A stretch of 61,972 nt of DNA, filler included, from Nitrospinae bacterium RIFCSPLOWO2_12_FULL_45_22 (GTDB taxonomy: Bacteria; 2-12-FULL-45-22): the NCBI GenBank assembly GCA_001803565.1. It is 6 parts of 6 records of this genome, joined end to end, with 100 filler letters (N's around TTAATTAATTAA, not from the genome) between each part and the next. Parts side by side here need not be neighbours in the genome. Positions count along the whole stretch, not along the records: positions 9,878 to 19,493 come from MHDQ01000010.1; positions 19,594 to 29,213 come from MHDQ01000012.1; 4 more parts are not named here. One strand, given 5' to 3'. The position numbers and the translations under genes were made by a program. Positions 9,878-19,799 of this stretch are shown piece by piece (positions within the stretch are counted from its first letter, which is position 1; each line of letters begins with the position of its first letter). Under the pieces are notes generated by a model, which was given only the letters and a program-made list of their open reading frames with translations, searched no databases and had not been told where the DNA came from.

Positions 9878-10924
9878 TGTGTCATAGGTCTCTCCTGATT
9901 GGGAAATCGCCAGGACCAGGCTATTGCTATCCACCTGGCTTAAATGACAGAATTCATCGGAGCTAATACAAGGGACATAATGCCTGGCCAGCTTAGCAAA
10001 ATAATATTGCGCTACTAGAGCTACGTAATAAGTAGTGCCGACACCAACAGAGTAAGTTAGTTGGGCATGGGCTATAAGCTCAGCCAGTCTTTGTATTTGT
10101 TCAGTATCTACCTTAAGGGCATGGGTGATAGATTGGGGCTGCTCAAAGATCTCTTTGAGCATATAATGAGGGAAGCCCCCTTTCTTGGACGCCTCCACAT
10201 CCCAATGAATGGTAAGGCCCTCTTTCCAGCTTATCTCTCTACTCAAGACATTTTTCACTACATAGCCATCCTGGCTAAGGATGGCATATTCACCATCATC
10301 AAGGACTATGGCATTCCTGGTAAATTCTATAAAGGCATTGAAGTCAGACCCCACATAATGGGCCTGGTGGCCTAATCCCAGGATAAGGGGACTCTCTTTA
10401 CGGGCACAGAATAGGGTATCGGGTTGATGGGTAGAGAGGATAGCTAACGCATAGCTCCCTTGCAGGCGACTAAGGGTGTTTATCAATGCCTCTTCGACAT
10501 TACCGGTTTTCTGGAAATATTTTTCTAAGAGATGGACGATAGTTTCGGTATCGGTCTCCGAGCGAAAACAATGACCCTCATTAGTCAATTCCTCGCGCAG
10601 TTCTCGATAATTAGAAATGATGCCATTATGGACCAGGGCAAAATCACCCTGGCAGCTAGTATGGGGGTGGGCATTGTTTCTCGCTACCCCACCATGGGTA
10701 GCCCAGCGGGTATGGGCAATACCGACCTTACCCGCTGGGGTAGTTAGGGCTTCTCGCTGGTTCACTTCCTCTACTGTGCCAATATTTTTTCTGACCTCGA
10801 TCCCATCCTGGCCTAAGATAGCTACGCCGCAGGAATCATATCCCCGATACTCCAGGTTCTGAATAGACCTGAGCAGGTCCTCAGCTATATCTTTCTTAGC
10901 CACAATGCCACTTATACCACACAT
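9878..10924 (-). CDS. glmS: Glutamine--fructose-6-phosphate aminotransferase (3' end cut)
   Basis: MCGI, EYRGYDS, HTRWATHG, HNGII, ISQSGET. Confidence 0.96.
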
Positions 10925-10947
10925 AACATATTATCCCAAAATTGTGC

Positions 10948-11023
10948 ACCACAAAGACAGAAAGCACGCAAAGAATTTTCGACGGAGCAGCCCATCTCTT
11001 TGCGTCCTTCGCGTCTCTGTGGT
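10948..11023. repeat. Intergenic palindrome of the CACAAAGAC/CGCAGAG family
   Basis: ACCACAAAGAC...GTCTCTGTGGT; relatives at 39247-39311 and inside 22604-22817. Confidence 0.7.
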
Positions 11024-11064
11024 AAGAATAATTCCAAATTATGGCTCTTTTGGCAGTGGTTTTA

Positions 11065-12264
11065 CTATACTAAAGAGTAATTAGGTAGAATGATCTCTCC
11101 GGACTTTATTACTGTACCGGCCGGTAGTGTATGACTAGCACCTATTCTAGCATGATCACCGATAAAGGCCCCTAACTTCTTCAGGCCGGTTTCATGGAAG
11201 TGCTGGTTAAGGGAGACCTTTATCGGGGTATCGTCCAGATTAAAATTCACGGTAACGGTCCCCGATCCCAGATAGGCCCCTTCACCTACTACACTGTCTC
11301 CCACAAAGGAGAGCCTACCCACCTTGCATCTGCCAAATATAACACAGTTCTTTAACTCGACACCAAATCCAATCTGGGTGTTTCGGCCAATGGAGGTATA
11401 TTCCCTCACCAGGACATTGTTACCAATAAAACTGCCGGAGCCAATATAACAGGGCCCTTTTAAGACCGTGCCCGATTCAATAACCACACCTTCTTCAATC
11501 CGTACCGGCCCTTCCAGTCTTACATCACCCCGGAAAATAACCGATTTATCCATAGCTGCCTGGGGCCAGGTGTCCATGATAAGTTTATTGGCACTAAGGA
11601 TTTCCCAGGGATAGCCAATATCTATCCAATCGCCTTCCCAGATAGATGCCTGCATACCTATTTCTGTGATTAGGCGGTTTAAGGCTAATTCCATACTCTT
11701 ATTACTCTCTTCCAGTAATGAGAAGATGGCGCTGGGTAGCACGTAAACCCCTGCCAGGACATAATTTCCTGCCAATCCTTCCTTGGGCTTTTCTACGAAT
11801 TTGGTTATCTGCATCTCATTGTTCAGATAGACATTGCCATAGGGCAGAGAGGATGGTGGCAGGTATATAGCTGCGACTGGGCCTTTGCTAGTGCGGAAGG
11901 TCTGCAGGGTATGGCTGAAGATATTGGCAAAGGTTAATATGTCGCCATATATTAGGAGGAAATATTCGCCCGGCATGATCTTATCTTTGGCGGTATACAA
12001 GGCATCACCTATACCACGGGGCCCTTCTTGATGTAAATAGTGGAGATGGGTCCCGAAATTATGCCCGTTCTGGAAATATTCCATGATCCTTTGTTTCTGG
12101 TGGCAGACAATAATATAGACCTCGTTCAGGCCGATTTCTTTGAGAAGCTCCAGGGTTGTTTCCAGGATATATTTACCACAGAAGGCCATCATGCCCTTGG
12201 GCCGGGTAGCTGTGAAAGGGGCAAGATTTTCTCCACTACCACCTGCTAGGATTACAACCTTCAT
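11065..12264 (-). CDS. Archaeal-type bifunctional sugar-1-P nucleotidyltransferase/acetyltransferase (GlmU-like)
   Basis: NTP-transferase domain (VILAGG, YGD, EKP, WIDIGYPW) plus hexapeptide LbH domain ending KKLGAFIGD. Confidence 0.85.
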   Translation of the reverse strand: MKVVILAGGSGENLAPFTATRPKGMMAFCGKYILETTLELLKEIGLNEVYIIVCHQKQRIMEYFQNGHNFGTHLHYLHQEGPRGIGDALYTAKDKIMPGEYFLLIYGDILTFANIFSHTLQTFRTSKGPVAAIYLPPSSLPYGNVYLNNEMQITKFVEKPKEGLAGNYVLAGVYVLPSAIFSLLEESNKSMELALNRLITEIGMQASIWEGDWIDIGYPWEILSANKLIMDTWPQAAMDKSVIFRGDVRLEGPVRIEEGVVIESGTVLKGPCYIGSGSFIGNNVLVREYTSIGRNTQIGFGVELKNCVIFGRCKVGRLSFVGDSVVGEGAYLGSGTVTVNFNLDDTPIKVSLNQHFHETGLKKLGAFIGDHARIGASHTLPAGTVIKSGEIILPNYSLV

Positions 12265-12342
12265 CGCTTCACCTCCTCCACCCTTAATCGTTAGGGGTAA
12301 GGGGTTAGGGGCTCTTCCCTTACCGTCTCACGTCTTATGGGC

Positions 12343-13158
12343 CTATGCTTTACGGCCTGCCTCCTGAAGTAAAGACTCCATAAGGGATAATTCTTCCCTG
12401 GTATTAACCCCTAGAATCTCTACTGGCTGATCACTCTTATACCCTATAACTCTTAAGCCCCTTTGGTGAGCTATATGGACGATATCAGTGAGATAATACT
12501 CCTCCTGCTGATTATCCTGGTTGATTAATCTGAGGGCTTCATAAAGGAAATCTTTCTGAAAGCAATAGATACCGCTGTTGATCTCCCTGATTTTCCGCTC
12601 CTGTGGGCTGGCATCCTTTTCTTCTTCTACTCTTATCACTTCTAACCCCTTACCCCGTATTACCCGACCATAACCTTTCGGATCATCCAGGTCAGCAGTG
12701 AGGAAGGATACAGTGGCCTTTTGAGAGCGATGGATATGGACAAGCTGGACTAAACTCCCCGAGGTCAAGAGAGGAACGTCACCACTCAACACCATAATCT
12801 CACCCATGAAGTCTTTTAATAAGGGGTAGGTCTGGAGCACAGCATGGCCGGTACCCACTTGCTCTTCCTGATAGACAAACTCTATATGAGTAGTTCGTGA
12901 TTGTAATTCGTGTCTGTACTTAGTTCTGGAGCAGGGATCCAGGTCAGGGACACGGTTTACGACTGCCCTGACCTCTTCAGCCTGATAACCAATGACCATT
13001 AAAATCCTTTGGGGAGATATTTGCCGAACAGTATATAATAAATATTGGATTAAGGGAATACCGGCCAGGAGGTGTAATACCTTAGCCTTGTTTGATTTCA
13101 TCCGCGTGCCTTTGCCGGCTGCCAGGATAATTACCGCTAACTCTCCCGTTGCCATCAA
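12343..13158 (-). CDS. glmU: GlmU uridylyltransferase domain only (no LbH domain)
   Basis: LAAGKGTRMKS, QEEQVGTGHAV, GDVPL, GYGRV, EINSGIY, EYYLTD, GVNT; ends at 271 aa. Confidence 0.85.
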   Translation of the reverse strand: MMATGELAVIILAAGKGTRMKSNKAKVLHLLAGIPLIQYLLYTVRQISPQRILMVIGYQAEEVRAVVNRVPDLDPCSRTKYRHELQSRTTHIEFVYQEEQVGTGHAVLQTYPLLKDFMGEIMVLSGDVPLLTSGSLVQLVHIHRSQKATVSFLTADLDDPKGYGRVIRGKGLEVIRVEEEKDASPQERKIREINSGIYCFQKDFLYEALRLINQDNQQEEYYLTDIVHIAHQRGLRVIGYKSDQPVEILGVNTREELSLMESLLQEAGRKA

Positions 13159-13194
13159 CCTTGGTCCCTATATATTAAGCATAGCTGTCAGGGG

Positions 13195-15657
13195 TCAGGG
13201 CTCAGCCGATCTTTTATTCCTGATTCTTGACCTCTGATCCCTAACTAATCTTTTGGCTTTGGTGGCGGCTTCTATAGCATCTTTCGCATAAGCCTGGGCG
13301 CCAATCGCCTGGGCAAAGTCTTCGGTTACTACTGCCCCACCCACCATTATTGGAATAGATAACTGGAGACCCTGAAAGGCCTCTACTACCCTTTTCATCT
13401 CTTGCATGGTGCTGGTCATCAAGGCACTGAGACCTACTATCTGGGGTTGGTATTTCTGCACCGCCGCAACAATCTCTGGGGTAGGGATATTCCTGCCCAG
13501 GTCTATTACTTCAAATCCATGGGTCTCTAAGATTAGCCCCACGATGTTTTTACCAATATCATGGATATCACCATAGACCGTAGCCAGGATAACCTTACCC
13601 AGAGATTCTATCTCCCTTTCCTTTTCTTTTCTGGTAACTCCCTTTAGGTAATCGAAGGCCTTTTGCACAGTTTGGGCAGCAAGGATAAGCTGGGGTAAAA
13701 ATATCTCGTCATTATTAAAGGCCTGGCCGATCTCTTCCAGGATGGGTATTAACCGTTCATGGATAATGGTCATAGGTTTTACCTGGTCTTTTAGGGCTTG
13801 ATCTATTAGGGTGATCAGTTCATCGGCATTTCCTTCTTTGACTTTCAGAAGGGCCTCTTTGAGCCATACATTTTCTTCTTTAACTTCTTTGGTCTCTGGC
13901 GGCTTATCCTTGCTAGATATAGGGCGGCAATAGGCTAAATATTTCTCTGCTCGCATATCACGTCCGGTCAAGACTGCGGCCGCATAAAAGGCCTGCTGGA
14001 CCAATGGGTCCAGGGGATCAACAATGGCGGCATCCAGGCCGGCTGCCAGGGCCATGGCCAGGAAAGAGGCATTGAGGAAGTTACGGTTAGGCAGGCCAAA
14101 AGATATATTACTAATACCCAGGATAGTAGCAACGGGTAAGTTGGCTTTGATCATCCTTAATGCCTTAAGGGTCTCCTGGGCCTGTTGGGGCTGGGCACTG
14201 ACGGCTAGGGCCAGGCAGTCAACCAGGATATCTCGCGGCGGTATCGCATATCTTTGGGCAGCTTCCAGTATCCTCAGGGCCATAGTCAGCCGCTCCTGCG
14301 CTGTTTCGGGCATCCCCTTCTCATCCAGTGTTAAGCCAATAATAGCCGCGCCATATTTCTTTGCCAGAGGTAAAATGCGATCAAGGCTTTCTGGTTTGGC
14401 ATTTACTGAATTGATAATGGGCTTACCGGTAGCACTTTTTAAACCCCGCTCCAGTACTTCCGGTAAACTGGAATCAATCATAACTGGAATATCTACTAAC
14501 CGCTGGACCTCCAGTACCACCCTCTCCATCAACTCAGCTTCGTCTATGCCAGGCAAGCCCAGGTTTATATCCAGGACCTCTGCGCCCTGCTTTACCTGTT
14601 CCTGGGCAGCCTTTTTGACCCAATCCCACCTGCCTTCTTTAAGCTGAGTGGCTAGCTCCGGCTTTCTGGTAGGATTAATCCTTTCTCCTACTATAACCGG
14701 CATCCTGTCTCTCCCCAGCTCTATCCACCGGGTGCGGCTAGCTAGCCCAGAAAAAGGAATTACTGAACGTCTCAAGGGCGATAATTCTTTTACCGCCTCC
14801 CTAACCGCCCGGACATGAGCCGTCGTACTGCCGCAGCAACAGCCAATAATACTGGTGCCTTCCTGGACAAGCTTTACGGCATAATCAGCCATGAGTTGCG
14901 GTGAGGCAGGGAAATAGGTACGGCCATCACGTAGCACTGGCATACCAGCATTGGGCTGGAAAGCCAGCTTTTTTTGGCTGACCCGCTTCATCCGCTGGAA
15001 TACTTCATATATCTTCTCTGGGCCCAGGCCACAGTTGGCCCCCACCAGATCAATATCCAGGGACCCTAAGATGATACAGGCCTCTTCTGGCCCGGTGCCT
15101 AGAATGGTTCGCAGATTATCCTGGAAAGTCAAAGTACAGATGATAGGCACCCGTTCAGTGATCTCTCTAACGGCAATGATAGCCGCCTTGACTTCTTTGA
15201 TATCAGAAAAGGTTTCGATAAGGATCAGTTGCGCACCGGCTTTTATACAGGCAGCTATCTGTTCCTTAAAGACCTCCCGGACAGTATCGAAGCTAAGTTC
15301 TCCTATGGGCTCTACAAATTTACCAGTAGGGCCAATAGATGCCGCTACTAAGGCCTTATCCCGCGCTATTTCTCTTGCCAGGGCAATAGCTGAGGCATTA
15401 ATCTCCTCCGTTTTATTATCTTGACTATAATGAGATAATTTTATCCTATTGGCGCCAAAGGTATTAGTGGCAATAATGTCTACTCCTAAAGCTACATATG
15501 CCTGGTGCACCTCCCGTATCCATTGGGGGTGGGTAAGGTTAAGGAGCTCCGGGGCTACATCAGCCGGGAGGCCTTTATCCTGGAGCATGGTTCCCATAGC
15601 CCCGTCCATGACCAATACCTTTGACTCTAAATATTCAAGGAAAGTATGTCGTTCCAT
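13195..15657 (-). CDS. metH: Cobalamin-dependent methionine synthase core (Hcy, pterin and B12 domains; no AdoMet reactivation domain)
   Basis: DGAMGT, GANC, GCCCG, GERINPT, DIHDIGKN; start at MERHTF because the longer N-terminus translates a repeat. Confidence 0.88.
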   Translation of the reverse strand: MERHTFLEYLESKVLVMDGAMGTMLQDKGLPADVAPELLNLTHPQWIREVHQAYVALGVDIIATNTFGANRIKLSHYSQDNKTEEINASAIALAREIARDKALVAASIGPTGKFVEPIGELSFDTVREVFKEQIAACIKAGAQLILIETFSDIKEVKAAIIAVREITERVPIICTLTFQDNLRTILGTGPEEACIILGSLDIDLVGANCGLGPEKIYEVFQRMKRVSQKKLAFQPNAGMPVLRDGRTYFPASPQLMADYAVKLVQEGTSIIGCCCGSTTAHVRAVREAVKELSPLRRSVIPFSGLASRTRWIELGRDRMPVIVGERINPTRKPELATQLKEGRWDWVKKAAQEQVKQGAEVLDINLGLPGIDEAELMERVVLEVQRLVDIPVMIDSSLPEVLERGLKSATGKPIINSVNAKPESLDRILPLAKKYGAAIIGLTLDEKGMPETAQERLTMALRILEAAQRYAIPPRDILVDCLALAVSAQPQQAQETLKALRMIKANLPVATILGISNISFGLPNRNFLNASFLAMALAAGLDAAIVDPLDPLVQQAFYAAAVLTGRDMRAEKYLAYCRPISSKDKPPETKEVKEENVWLKEALLKVKEGNADELITLIDQALKDQVKPMTIIHERLIPILEEIGQAFNNDEIFLPQLILAAQTVQKAFDYLKGVTRKEKEREIESLGKVILATVYGDIHDIGKNIVGLILETHGFEVIDLGRNIPTPEIVAAVQKYQPQIVGLSALMTSTMQEMKRVVEAFQGLQLSIPIMVGGAVVTEDFAQAIGAQAYAKDAIEAATKAKRLVRDQRSRIRNKRSAEP

Positions 15658-15659
15658 AA

Positions 15660-15742
15660 TTCGTGACCGTGATCCGTGTCCGTGACTGTGATCCGAGCCT
15701 GTTACTACCTCCAACGGACACGGTCACGTCCCACGGACACGC
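15660..15742. repeat. CGTGAC/GTCACG hexamer palindrome
   Basis: TTCGTGACCGTGATCCGTGTCCGTG...ACGGACACGGTCACG; relatives at about 54897-54958 and inside glmU. Confidence 0.7.
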
Positions 15743-15744
15743 TC

Positions 15745-17184
15745 TTAATTGCCTTTCCTGGTTGTGATACCCAAAGATTGTATCTTTTTCCGTAAGGTAT
15801 TCCGGTTGATCCCCAGGATAGCAGCCGCCTTCAACTGGTTACCTTTAGTTTCCTTTAAGGCCAACTGGAATAAGGTCTTATCTACCGCCTGCGTAACCAG
15901 GTCATATAGCCCCCCTTGGCCCAGGTGGTGGAAGGCCGAAATAACTTGTTTAAGCTTTGCTTCCAGGAAGCTTTCCAGAGATGAAACCCCTCTCTCGTTT
16001 CTTGAGTCATTAGGTGGATAAGCCTGGATCATAGCAGCCGGCAGATGTTCTGGCAGGATAGTATCTCCCCGGGCTAATACCACTGCCCGTTTTAAGGTAT
16101 TCTCTAGCTCTCTAATGTTGCCTGACCAGGAGTATTGCATCAGACAATCCAGTCCTTCAGAGGATATATATTGAACCTTTGTCCCTAGCTCCTTATGGAA
16201 TCGGTTCAGGAAATGGTGTACTAACGCCGGGATGTCTTCCGGGTGTTCCCGTAAAGGTGGGATAAGAATAGGGACGACGTTCAAACGATAAAAAAGGTCT
16301 TCTCGGAAGCCTCCCTGAGCCATTAATTCCTCCAGGTTTTGGTTAGTAGCAGCTACAATCCTGATATCTACCCCCTGATCTTCCTGGCTACCCAACCGCC
16401 GGAAAGACCTCTCTTGAATGACGCGCAGGATTTTAGCCTGCGTGGCAATGTCCATATCCCCTATCTCATCTAAAAAGATAGTACCTTTATTAGCTTCCTC
16501 AAATTTCCCTATTTTTGTCGCAATAGCGCCCGTAAAAGCCCCCTTTTCATGGCCGAAAAGCTCGCTCTCTAAAAGCTCCTTAGGGATAGCAGCACAATTT
16601 ACTGCCACAAAGGGGGAATCTACTCGGTGACTATAATAATGTAAGGCCCTGGCTACCAACTCTTTACCGGTGCCAGTTTCTCCTCTGATTAATACATTAA
16701 CATCCTTATCGGCTATTTTACCGATAGTCTTATATATCTCTTGCATTATTGGGCTACTACCTACCATGAGTTGGTTCTGAAATTCCGCCTCCAGGAACTG
16801 AACCTTCTTCTTCAAAGCCTTAGTATTTAATGCCTTTTCTGTCAGGAGACAGACCTGCTCAAGGTCAAAGGGCTTTATCAGGTAATCATAAGCGCCCAGC
16901 CTCATGGCTTCTATAGCGTTTTGCATAGAGCTTTGGGCAGTAATGATTATTGTCAGCAATTCGGGATCTATTTTCTGTAAAGTTGTCAGGGCCTCCAGGC
17001 CGTTAATATCGGGTAAGATAATATCCAAAAATATAACAGCGTAAGGGGTTTCTTGGGCCATGCGGAAGGCATCAGCGGCCTTCTCAGCACAGTGGACTTC
17101 ATAGCCTTCCTTCTCTAATCCCTTCTTGAAGACCCACCTTATACTCTCTTCATCATCAACTATCAGGATATTCTTTTTATCCAT
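15745..17184 (-). CDS. ntrC: sigma54-dependent response regulator, NtrC-like
   Basis: REC + AAA+ (GETGTGKE, GAFTGA) + Fis HTH (LGINRNTLRKK); downstream of ntrB. Confidence 0.8.
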   Translation of the reverse strand: MDKKNILIVDDEESIRWVFKKGLEKEGYEVHCAEKAADAFRMAQETPYAVIFLDIILPDINGLEALTTLQKIDPELLTIIITAQSSMQNAIEAMRLGAYDYLIKPFDLEQVCLLTEKALNTKALKKKVQFLEAEFQNQLMVGSSPIMQEIYKTIGKIADKDVNVLIRGETGTGKELVARALHYYSHRVDSPFVAVNCAAIPKELLESELFGHEKGAFTGAIATKIGKFEEANKGTIFLDEIGDMDIATQAKILRVIQERSFRRLGSQEDQGVDIRIVAATNQNLEELMAQGGFREDLFYRLNVVPILIPPLREHPEDIPALVHHFLNRFHKELGTKVQYISSEGLDCLMQYSWSGNIRELENTLKRAVVLARGDTILPEHLPAAMIQAYPPNDSRNERGVSSLESFLEAKLKQVISAFHHLGQGGLYDLVTQAVDKTLFQLALKETKGNQLKAAAILGINRNTLRKKIQSLGITTRKGN

Positions 17185-17258
17185 AATTCCTTGATTTTAT
17201 TGGAGCCACGAATATACACGAATGACTACAAATAATCTTTGTAACTTAATGTTTTTAT

Positions 17259-17466
17259 GTAATTGTTTAGCCAAATTTAGTATCTTAGCCACGGATGAAC
17301 ACGGATAGATACAGATTAGGCCACCAAGGCACTAAGTTACTACAAGGGGTGACCTCTTAGTGTCTTGGTGTCTTTGTGGCAAGAAAGTTAGCTGAGTAAT
17401 CTATCTTCATCCGTGTGTATCCGTGGTCAAATCTTTATCGCGGTCTTTATTTAGCTAAACTGTTAC
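17259..17466. mobile_element. MITE with nested palindromes
   Basis: TIRs GTAATTGTTTAGCCAAAT / ATTTAGCTAAACTGTTAC enclosing CCACGGAT..ATCCGTGG and CACCAAG..CTTGGTG pairs; no TSD seen. Confidence 0.7.
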
Positions 17467-17472
17467 GAATAA

Positions 17473-18552
17473 CTACTGTCGTAAGGGGAGGAAAATGATA
17501 GCAGTAGTCCCCTTTCCCTCAACACTTTCTATCCTGAGCCGGCCTTTATGCTGCCAAATAATTTCTTGACATATCGCTAAGCCCAGGCCACTGCCCTTGG
17601 GCTTGGTAGTAAAGAAAGGGGTAAATAGGTATTGAACTTTATCTTTTGGTATACCTCCTCCCGTATCCTGGATCTGGATCTTAATTATTGATATATGGTG
17701 CTCTAGCCCATTTATTCTGGCTAATTGATAATCCGACGAGATCTTGGTCCTGACTCTTACCTCACCCCCTTCCGGCATGGCTTCCAGGGAATTTTGTATT
17801 AAGTTAATAAATACCTGCCTTAATAAGTTCTCATCCGCCATGATGTGAGGGATGCTGGGATCATATTCCGAAGAGAATTGAACCTTTTGGCCTATAGGGG
17901 TCTGCCGCTCTAAAAGAATCACCCGCTCTAATACCTCGTGGATATTTACTAACTCCAGGAAGGGTTTTCGCATATATGTGAGGCTGGTAAGGTTTGCTAT
18001 AAGAAAATTCAAGCGATCTACTTCTTTTATAATCACCTGTGGGTATTCTTTGAGCTCTGGATCAGCCAATTCTCTTTCCAGCAACTGCGCTGCACCCCGG
18101 ATGCCCAGGAGGGGGTTCCTGATCTCATGGGTAAGGCCCGCTAAGAGGGTCTTTAAAGATAAGAGTTTATCGGCCTGCCAGGAGCTTTCTTCTATCTCCT
18201 TCAATACCTGAAGATCCTTCACCAGGATTACACTACCCAGGATCGCCCCTGCCCCATTGATTAAAGGAGAGATAGTAATACTGCTGAGGAGTAAACCCTT
18301 GCCCCGCTTTGGCAGATAATATTCAGGAAAGGAGAAGGATTGACCGGTGGTGATATTTTTGTGGATAGCCTTTTCTAGCTCTTTTTCAGGGAAGACTTCT
18401 ATGAAAGGACGGCCCAGGACTTGACTGGTAGAAATCTCTAATATTTGCTCCAGGGCGGGGTTGAAGGTGGTTATAATGAAGTCTCTATCCACCGTCATCA
18501 AGCCCTCAGTCAAGCTTCCTAGAATATAATTATAAAAAAGGTCATCTGACAA
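17473..18552 (-). CDS. ntrB: PAS histidine kinase, NtrB-like
   Basis: PAS, HEIRNPLLGIRGAAQLL, YDPSIP, DTGGGI, GSGLGL; TTG start. Confidence 0.85.
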   Translation of the reverse strand: MSDDLFYNYILGSLTEGLMTVDRDFIITTFNPALEQILEISTSQVLGRPFIEVFPEKELEKAIHKNITTGQSFSFPEYYLPKRGKGLLLSSITISPLINGAGAILGSVILVKDLQVLKEIEESSWQADKLLSLKTLLAGLTHEIRNPLLGIRGAAQLLERELADPELKEYPQVIIKEVDRLNFLIANLTSLTYMRKPFLELVNIHEVLERVILLERQTPIGQKVQFSSEYDPSIPHIMADENLLRQVFINLIQNSLEAMPEGGEVRVRTKISSDYQLARINGLEHHISIIKIQIQDTGGGIPKDKVQYLFTPFFTTKPKGSGLGLAICQEIIWQHKGRLRIESVEGKGTTAIIFLPLRQ

Positions 18553-18614
18553 AATAGCTACTCCCTAAAAGCCTCTTCAGAACTATTATTGAAGGCTGGA
18601 TTTTAAACATTTTT

Positions 18615-18643
18615 ATATTAGCAGAGACCTGCCTTTTGGTCAA
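18615..18643 (-). promoter_or_regulatory. sigma70-like promoter of ntrBC
   Basis: TTGACC-N17-TAATAT on the minus strand. Confidence 0.5.
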
Positions 18644-18722
18644 CTGAGTCTTCAAGTAATACTTCCATTAGGTAATATCGTTATGCTATCATGTCACTAA
18701 GAGCCAGATAAAGGAGAAAAAG

Positions 18723-19493
18723 GGGTGTGGCTATTTTTTGTCAGAGATTAAGCAGCCTTCTTTTCGATTTCGATAACTGGAGTTTTAGGCTTCCAGCATC
18801 TACCTCCAAATCTCCGCATTTTTTCTTTGTTAATGCGGAATTTCCAAAATCTTTCCCAGGCATTATTTTCATGGATGATTCTTAACTGCAAGACAGCTTC
18901 AGCACCTTTTACAGTCCATCTCATCCCTGTCCTTTCAAATCGGTCCTTTACCGGGTGTCTACAAGCTCCCTCAACTACTCCACTACCTATGGGATATCCC
19001 TGCTTCAGGTACTCATCGTAGCGCATGTAATCTTTGTTCCTTTCAAAGTAGCCTATCACTTTTTTCAAGGTCTTTCGTCCCCTTTGGGTGAGTCTCTTCT
19101 CAGATAAGGATTGTTTTAGGATCTCTATGAGCCCTTCAACCTCTCCTTTCAGTAATTTTATCAGCTGCTCCTTGACCCACAACCGGGCTTCCTGGGAACC
19201 TTCTTTGTAGAATACATAGGATGCTTTCCACACATACTCCATCACATGAAAAATATCGAGGATATAGACCATTCCAGTAAGGATGGATAATACCAGGGTC
19301 CATAGCCCTCTTTCTCCATCTAATAGACAAACCCTTTCGCTCTTCTCCTCTTTATCCCGCCGCTCTACCTCTTCTTTAACCTCTTCCACCACCTCTCTTT
19401 TGCTCTTCGCCAGGCTGCCGATGTATTTCTTGTTCTTCAGTTTAGGGCTCTCAGGAGACTCCCGCTGCTCCACCACTTCCCATATTATCTCCT
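18723..19493 (-). mobile_element. ISKra4-family IS, 3' part
   Basis: Terminal IR GGGTGTGGCTATTTTTTGTCA (18723-18743) just past the transposase stop. Confidence 0.85.
18748..19493 (-). CDS. ISKra4-family transposase (N-terminus cut by contig end)
   Basis: LDGERGLW, LDIFHVMEY, MRYDEY..GYPIGSGVVEGAC, GMRW. Confidence 0.9.
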
Positions 19494-19593
19494 NNNNNNN
19501 NNNNNNNNNNNNNNNNNNNNNNNNNNNNNNNNNNNNNTTAATTAATTAANNNNNNNNNNNNNNNNNNNNNNNNNNNNNNNNNNNNNNNNNNNN
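19494..19593. other. Artificial contig linker
   Basis: N-run with TTAATTAATTAA. Confidence 0.99.
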
Positions 19594-19765
19594 CCTCCAG
19601 ACCCTCTGCTATACGCGACAGGTCCTCTAAAATCTGGGTTTCGAGTGACCGTTTTGTGGTAATGAAACCCAGCATGCCACCAGCGCCCAGTGAGAGGAGG
19701 CAGATGAATAAAAAGGTGAGGGTTAATTTATATTTAATGGGGATCTTAGCTAACGGGTCATTCAT
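19594..19765 (-). CDS. N-terminus of a membrane sensor protein (cut)
   Basis: IKYKLTLTFL + TM helix + start of a Cache-like helix. Confidence 0.6.
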
Positions 19766-19799
19766 ATATGCTCAGATATGCTCAGAGAGGGTTTTTAGC

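Noticed and set aside
10925-11064. glmS ribozyme upstream of glmS
   Set aside because: The spacer is filled by a dispersed palindrome family, with no ribozyme core recognised
14024-15424. Long antisense ORFs over metH (likewise over the oxidoreductase, kinases and etfA)
   Set aside because: Shadow ORFs of well-supported genes, with no motifs
15658-15714. His-rich N-terminal extension of MetH
   Set aside because: It is the translation of an intergenic hexamer repeat upstream of the likely start
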